Of a stretch of DNA of 64,000 nucleotides, positions 57,288 through 64,000 are shown one piece after another. Numbering within the stretch: position 1 is the first letter of the stretch; every line of letters begins with the position of its first letter. Origin of the DNA: Hyaloraphidium curvatum SAG 235-1 (lineage: Eukaryota > Fungi > Monoblepharomycota); the NCBI GenBank assembly GCA_025558095.1, contig JAIVFI010000007.1, positions 826,791 through 890,790 on the forward strand. Reading direction: 5' to 3'. The notes beneath the pieces are model-generated. The model was not told the DNA's origin and searched no databases. It saw only the letters and a list, made by a program, of their open reading frames with translations. The position numbers were made by a program, and so were the translations under genes.

Positions 57288-59721
57288 ATGAGCTCCGATG
57301 CAGCGGATCTGAGGGCGTCGCTGCTTCTGCAATGGAATGGACCGGGGACGAAAGCAGCGAGAGGGAGCCCATGCACGGGGCTGCAGGCGTCGGCGCTCCT
57401 GGACGGAAGCGCCGTGACATCTTGCACTCTGCAGCGGCGCAGGTGCCTCACCAAGGGACTGCGAACTCCGCATTCACCAAGACAATATACACGAAAAGCG
57501 AACCCCTGCCCCCCGAAATTTACCCTTCCATCTCGTAGAGCCACTGAGCCGTGCCCTCCACCCGACGACTTACCTCACCGGCCGCCCTCCCAGCCGCCGT
57601 GGACACCCCCTGCAGCGACCCCGATCCTGAATCCTGGCCGCCGTCCGAAGAACCTCCAGCAGAGCCGCTGCCGTTGCCGCGAACGCAAAGATTGACCCAG
57701 CGTCGGAATATGGGTTCTGTGCCGCGCACCAGGGCCGCCGTAAGCCGCTGGCGTGCGGAAGTCATGAAGAGGGCCCTCAGCCCATCGATGTCATCCCCGG
57801 GGCCGTCAGGGTCAGGGCCGCGGGGGAAGGCGAGGAGAGAGAGCTGTTGAAGAAGCCGCTCGAACTCGGGATGGAACGTCCCTGGAGATTCCATCACTGC
57901 GGGAACGAGAGAGGTCGGAGTGTCGGTCCCGATCAGGTAGTGGCGCTGGTAGTGCCGGATCTTAGCAAGATAGCGCGCCTCGGCGGCCGCAAGCGCCTTG
58001 GTGGCCGCTGCGGGGAGCTGCACGGGGTTCGGGTACGTGACCGAGATGTCGATGAACCACCGGAGAGACGAGTTGAGGAGCCATACGTAGGCATCGCAGC
58101 GATGGTCCGTGTTGATGGTCCCGCGATCGGGATGCTCGAGTGCCACCTCCGTGGCATGGTGATCGGGGGAAGCCGAAGCGGCCGGCGGCGGGGGAGCAGG
58201 GGCTGCCCGCCGGAGTACGCCCTCGGCAGCAAGCACGGCTTCCTTGACGACGTGCAGGGGAACGTTGGGGAGGGCGCGGAGGATCTCGAGCAGCGCGTTG
58301 ATCAGGACTGGTTTTCCCCCCCAGGCCCAAGTTTCTGCACTTCGTGGACGACAATTGGACCTTTCCTGCGGGCAGAAACGCGTGCCATCTGCGCGGCCGG
58401 CCTGGCGACGCGGCGCCACTCGTGGAAATGCTTCCTCTGGGCGGGGCGGACCTGGCCGATGACGCGCTACAAAAGGCCAACGGCACGCGCCTCGAGGGCG
58501 CCGCTCTTCAACGACGGCACATTCGGCACCAAGCAGCTGGCCGTCGGCACGGCAACGTTTGCTTTCGGGTCCTTTGTCTCGACGGTCGTGCCGACGATCT
58601 TTGCGTCGTACAGAGCATCGCTGGCGCTCGTCACGTCCAAAACCGGCGCCTCGGCGGGGGCCGCGGAAGCGGGTACGGCGCAGAAGGCACCCGAGGTGCG
58701 GGACTTCTCCGACCACGGAGCGGCCGGAGCGGCCCGCTGGGTGCAGTTGGCCGACGGGCTCCTGGGCCCGACCGACGCCCGAGTGCTGCTCGAGCACGAC
58801 CCCAAGGACGACCTGTGCCCGTGCCCCCTCGCGCGCTGTGCCGGCCCGCTCGTTGCCCGCGCCGGAGCCCTCAGGGTGTTCGAGGCCCTATTCAAGACCT
58901 CCCTCATCCTCCTCGTCATGCTGGCGGGCAGCTGGACCGCGCTGGTGTCCCCGGGCATCGCCGCGCGGACTTGGACGACGCCCTGGTCCGCCGTGTTTGC
59001 GGCCATCTACGTCCTGACCATGCTCACCGTCTCCCCGCCCGTCATGCTCCTGCGCTTCTCGACCAACGTGCTCCTCCTCCAGCTGTCCCAGCGGGTGGAT
59101 CGGAGGGCCATGAAGGCCGCGCTTCGCGCCGTGCTCGAGCACCACCGCGCATCAACGGACCCTGACGCCCCCGCGCCTCCGGCATCCCCGGGTCGGGCCG
59201 CCTACATGGATCTCCACGCCTCCTTCTCCGCCGTCTGGCGCCGCCGCGTGCTGCAATCCAACGTCTCCGCGCCCGTCATCTTCGCCACGCTCGTGCACCT
59301 CCTCATGCTCGTCGTAAACGCGGCCGCGTGCTCCTGCCTCCCGGCGGCATACATCATCTACATCGGCTACATCGGGATGATGAACCTCATCGACCTCGTC
59401 AACGTCGCCGCGGCCAACGCGCAGGTCAGCGACGTCCGCTCGCTGTACCTCGACACCGTGCGCGAGATCCGCGAGATGCAGCGCGAATCCCCCCCCTCCT
59501 CCTCCGCGGGCGCGCGTTGGGCGATGGACCGCGACGCCGCCGTGCTCTCCTCCTACGTCGCCTCGGACATGCACCGCGCCAGGCTGTTCGGCCTCGTGGT
59601 GACCTACGGCGTCGTCAGGACCGTGCTGGTGACGGTGCTTACGCTGCTCGTGGCGCTGTGGAGCGTGATGAGGGGGCTGGGGCTGGTGCTGACGATGGAG
59701 ACGATTTGGCCCACGGTTTAG
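57288..59721 (+). pseudogene. Multi-TM gustatory-receptor-like protein gene interrupted by a retroelement; 5' boundary tentative
   Basis: About 6-7 hydrophobic helices in 58311-59721; terminal ARLFGLVVTYGVVRTVLVTVLTLLVAL; paralogue at 63433-63840. Confidence 0.6.
57462..58304 (-). mobile_element. 5'-truncated non-LTR retrotransposon, restriction-like endonuclease (RLE) end
   Basis: E...RCD...FIDISV..P...AEARYLAKIRHY...LVPAVMESPG.FH; stop at 57520, short 3' UTR; GGACTG on both flanks. Confidence 0.75.
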
Positions 59722-60080
59722 ACCGGGCACGAGGCATGATGGTGCCGATGGATGGGGGGAACGGTCTCTTGCGTTGATCGGGGGATAGCCAGGGGCTATT
59801 GGCGTCCGGCCCATGGCGCATTCGGAACGGGCGGCGTTTCCGGGGGCCGAGGGACGCCAAGGACCCCGGACGTGGCGGCTTTTGATTTGAATTCGAGTTT
59901 CTCCATGTCTGCGATCTCTTAGGCTCCAATCGGCGGCCTTCGGGCTGCGAATGAGCCCGTTGGCGTTGTTTGTCTCCCGAGCGCCGATGGCGGCTGGTGC
60001 CGTGCCGACATCCGATCGTTCGTTGTCGCGCTGCCCACGTCCACCGGGCCCCTCTCCTTCGCGCCGCCTCCCCTTGCCCG

Positions 60081-61914
60081 ATGGCCGACGCTTCGGTTCT
60101 CCTCGGCTGGGCCGTCATGGCCGCGGCCACGCTGTACCTCCTCCGGCAGCTCTTCAACAAGTTCTTCCTCGATTTTGACGACGACTTCAAGACCGTCCTC
60201 TCGATGCCCTTCGTCGACCGCCCACCGGCCGACCGCGTCACGCAGATGCACCTCGTTGACGCCGAGCTCATCCGCAAGCACGGCCCGCGGGTGCGCTACG
60301 TCAACATGCTCAAGCCTTGGGAGTCGACGCTGGTCATCGCCGACCCCGCGCTGCTCCGCGAGATCTTCGTCGGCGTCGACTGGCAGAAGTGGCAGCGCGG
60401 CACGTACGGCACGCCGGCAGAGGCGCACGCGGCCTACACCGCGGGTGGGGGGCACTAGACCGCCGTCGCTATCGTCCTTCTGATCGGCATTGTCCCCCGA
60501 TACGGTAGGCCTGATCTCGACGCCCAACGGCCAGCTCTGGCGCGACACCCGCGCTCTCTTCGAGCGCACCTTCACCACCGTCGCCGTGAGGAAGTACACC
60601 CCGATCCTGCTCGAGATCCGCTCCGTGCTTGTGGACCAGCTCGCCAAGGCCAACAAGGAGAACCCGGACGGCTTCGATATCTTCCCTTACTATCACCGTT
60701 GGTTGCTGGACGGATGCGGGTCCCCCGTTCGACGCCAACGTCGCCCCCTTTCCGGCAGGGTTCACTTTCGACACCATCACGCGCCTCGTCTTCGGTTCCG
60801 AAATCCGCGCCCAGACCGAGGCCCGGGGCGCCGACTACGCCAAGAACTTCGACCTCTGGCTCGACTCGGGCGCCCTCCTGCAGATCTGCCACCAGCTGCT
60901 GGGCAAATGGTCGTGGTCGCTTCTGGGCAGCGTCGTGCGGCAGCAGAAAAAGTCCAACGACATGATGTTCGGCCTCATCGAGGAGCAGGTGCAGCGGCTC
61001 AAGCGCGGGGAGAAGCGCAACTGCATCTTCGACGACGTTTACGGCAAGGAGGACATTTCGGCGCTCATCGACGACGACCACCTCCGAAAGGCCCTCATGT
61101 CGGTGCTCTTTGCCGGCCACGACACGACCGCCGCCCTGCTGTCCTTCATGACCTACGAGCTTTCCAAGCGCCCCGAGCTGCAGGCCGCCATCCGCGCCGA
61201 GGTCGAGGAGGTCAACGGCCCCGGCGAGCTCGAGAACCTCGAGGTGCTGGAGAAGTGCAAGGTGCTCAACGCGTGCATCAAGGAGAGCCTGCGGATGCGG
61301 CCCTCGGCGCCCTACGGTGCGGCGAGGTACGTCACCGACGGCTTCGAGCTCAGGTACCAGGACCTCGAGGGCAAGCCGGCAAAGGTCATCGTGGGGAGCC
61401 ACCAGATGGTCTTCCCGGCGCTTCACGCCATGCAGAACTACCAGCCCTACTGGTGGGTGTCCGCCGGGCGCCTCTTGGTGGCGATCGCGCTGACGACCTG
61501 CGGGCAGGGACAAGGACGTCAACAAGTTCCTCCCCGAGCGGTACTACGACGACCCCAACGGGGGCTCCAAGGCCGGCCTGTTCTCCAACGCGCCCTTCGG
61601 CAACGGCGCCCGGCGCTGCGTCGGTGAGCGCCTCGCACGTTGGTTTCCTGCGCGCTCCCGGAGGAGGATGGCCTCTGATTCCCGTTCCCAACCCCCGCGT
61701 GCCGCAGTCGGCGAGGGCCGCCTCGCGATCGCCTCGGTGCTCCGCAAGTACGACATCGTCGCGGTGCCCGAGGGCCCGGACACGTGGCAGTTCCAGGAGG
61801 TCTTTGCCGGCACCATCAAGCCCAACAAGGTGGGTCGGCCGCGTGGCTGCCAGACGGCGGAGGTTGACGCTGTGTCGGCAGGTGATGATCAAGCTCAAGC
61901 CGATCGCGGCGTGA
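60081..61914 (+). CDS. Cytochrome P450
   Basis: N-terminal TM anchor, AGHDTT, KESLR, FLPER, PFGNGARRCVG. Confidence 0.95.
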
Positions 61915-62513
61915 GGATCGCGCTGCGGGGCATGAGGCGGAGGTTTGGCAACGGGGTGCCCGAGAGGGTCGTCCTGGACCGGGACGAGGAGGCTTTCTGG
62001 GGTGCGCGGGACATGCTGGAGGAGCTGCGGGACCAGGAGATGTGTGACGTCCTTACCGGTTTGACTACGCGGACGACGTGACGGGGATGTGGGACCTACT
62101 ATTTTCAGAGAACCAGAGTCTAGAAACCAGAACTACCGCCACGGCAATGAGAGGGGCTGTACGGCCGGCTCCGTCGCGACGGCCACGACGCCCGGGCGGC
62201 TCCGTATCGATCCGCACTCTCCCATGTAATCCGATTAATCTATCCGGTTCGCCTGCTCGGCATTTTCCAAAGTAAGGTGCCGGGCGCCGGCGGGATGGCC
62301 AACCAAGATCCAAGATCCGCGATCCGTCCGCCACAGCCACAATTTCGCCGCAGGATTGTTGCGCGCCCGCTGGTCGGCTCGCCTCGATCCGCTGGAACGA
62401 GCAGGCCACCGTTCGGCACCGACCCGTCCGCAACGCTGCGCCCGGTCCGACCCCCGCGAACCCGGTCGGGCCAACCCCCGCGCCCTTTTCCCCGGCACAG
62501 CCCGGCGCCCACG

Positions 62514-63297
62514 ATGTTCCCCAGGCACGCAGTGGGCCTCCTTCCCCTCCTCCTCTTACTGTCTATTGCGCCGTGTGCCGCAAGGTGAGCCTCCGGGGAA
62601 CCGTCCCGCGCGGCTTCTAAGCGGTTCGCGCGACCGCGACACCGGCCGATCCGCAATATCAGCCCCTTGCCCGGCCAAACGCAAGTCGATTTCGCTGAGG
62701 CGTGCGGAGCTTGCGACCCGAGTGCCTACTGGTGGGCAACGTGTGCAGCCGCCCCGCTCCAAACTGACGCTCCGTGGCAGCGAGTTCGCCTTCCCCGGCA
62801 CACCCCGGGGCCGGGTCGCCTGCGTGCGGTACCAGGGCGAGCCCAAGGCCACGCTGTACAGGCGCTATTCGACCTCCACCTCTGCCGGCACCGTCGTCTG
62901 TTCCCAACCCGACCCGGCGCCGTGCCTCCAGGTCAGCGAAGGCTTCGGCGCCTCCGCGGCGATCCCCGACGGCGGCACCTCCCAGCCGCCCCAGCTGGTT
63001 GCCCTCGCCAGCGCGGTGCCCTACAGTATCAGGAACTTTGGTTCCGTCCCTCTGGACGTCACCCTGACCATCACGGGAGGATTCCGCTTCGCCGCCGGAG
63101 ACCTCCTGGACCAGCTCGTCTTCACGTCCATTGGCTTCTTGACCATAACATCCTTCAACCTCGTGCCCACCGTGGCAGGCACGGGAGTCTCGGGCGTCGT
63201 GACCATCGCCACGAACGACCCCCTGCGCCCGTTGTTCAGCTTCACCGTGGTTGCGGACGTCACTAGCATCAGCGGGCGGCGCGATCGGCGCGAGTAG
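62514..63297 (+). CDS. Secreted protein with Ig-like (choice-of-anchor D / ASH-like) domain
   Basis: Signal peptide LLPLLLLLSIAPCAA, intron from 62585; YSIRNFGSVPLDV...VTIATNDP. Confidence 0.6.
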
Positions 63298-63432
63298 GGC
63301 TTGTTCTGGCCACGGTGAACCATGAGGCGAACGCATTTGGCGTAGTAGAATCATCGTTCGCTGCACGCGACATCTACGCGGGGACATCGACGTCCCGCCA
63401 CCATTCCGTCGCTAATCAGTCGCGGGATCCAC

Positions 63433-63840
63433 CTACCCCGCCCTCACCGGACACGCCGTCTCGGCCGTGAGCGGCACCCCGAAGTTGTGCAGCACGCTCG
63501 CGAGCCCCAGCGCCGCCGTCAGCAGCGTTGCAAAGTAACCCCTCACTGCTGAGCCCGTCACGATGAAGCCCGCGAATCGCGCGCGGTACCGTCCGACCTC
63601 GGCGAAGCTCCCCAAGAGGGCGTCCAACGCGGTGAGCTCGGGGGCCAGCTCAGAGCGGAACGAGGCGCCGGAGGGGCCGGGGAGTGAGGTGCCGATCGTG
63701 AGCAGCGCGCGGGCTTCCTCGCGCGCGCGCTCGTACGTTTCCAGGAGCGTATTGACGGCGCCGTTCCAGAACGCCAGGTTGACGAGATCGATGGTGTTCG
63801 ATCCCAGGAGGATGAAGATGAGGCCCGCATAGGCCGAGAG
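63433..63840 (-). pseudogene. 3' remnant of a gustatory-receptor-like multi-TM gene cut by the telomere
   Basis: Open frame from the telomere junction: NTIDLVNLAFWNGAV...RARFAGFIVTGSAVRGYFATLLT...TAETACP, aligning with the 58311-59721 C-terminus. Confidence 0.85.
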
Positions 63841-64000
63841 GTTAGGTTAGGTTAGGTTAGGTTAGGTTAGGTTAGGTTAGGTTAGGGTTAGGTTAGGTTA
63901 GGTTAGGTTAGGTTAGGTTAGGTTAGGTTAGGTTAGGTTAGGTTAGGTTAGGTTAGGTTAGGTTAGGTTAGGTTAGGTTAGGTTAGGTTAGGTTAGGTTA
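63841..64000 (+). repeat. Telomeric repeat (TTAGG)n
   Basis: About 32 pentamers with the G-rich strand running to the window end; one TTAGGG at 63882-63887. Confidence 0.93.

Noticed and set aside
57847-59721. 624-aa ORF as one protein
   Set aside because: The first ~150 codons are the antisense strand of the retroelement
1-64000. Hundreds of long Arg/Pro/Gly/Ala-rich ORFs in the track
   Set aside because: Shadow frames expected at high GC; they overlap spliced genes with recognisable motifs
20482-64000. Insect origin suggested by TTAGG, egghead and GR-like genes
   Set aside because: High GC, very dense genes, uniform ~55-nt introns with strong branch sites and BVMO/NmrA content indicate a microbial eukaryote

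Overview
GC-rich eukaryotic chromosome end, not prokaryotic. Genes are dense and split by ~50-60 nt GT-AG introns with CTGAC/CTAAC/CTCAA-type branch sites, so most six-frame ORFs are shadows or partial exons. Style and gene content suggest an early-diverging fungus, possibly a monoblepharid such as Hyaloraphidium (inference). About 39 genes or gene fragments are recognisable, mostly metabolic enzymes, several of them bacterial-like and intronless. Main discovery: six dispersed paralogues (2.9-31.2 kb) of a family I do not recognise. All share a 17-nt first exon, a coiled coil and a C-terminal basic NLS-like tail; four or five also carry an acidic SUMO-interacting-like motif. Two are followed directly by a RING/TRAF-zinc-finger E3 gene, forming an inverted duplicated two-gene cassette, and one is a recombinant chimera. 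The window ends in a (TTAGG)n telomere joined directly to the middle of a truncated multi-TM, gustatory-receptor-like gene. A paralogue of that gene nearby is interrupted by a 5'-truncated RLE-type non-LTR retrotransposon with a candidate 6-bp target-site duplication. Exon boundaries were read by eye.
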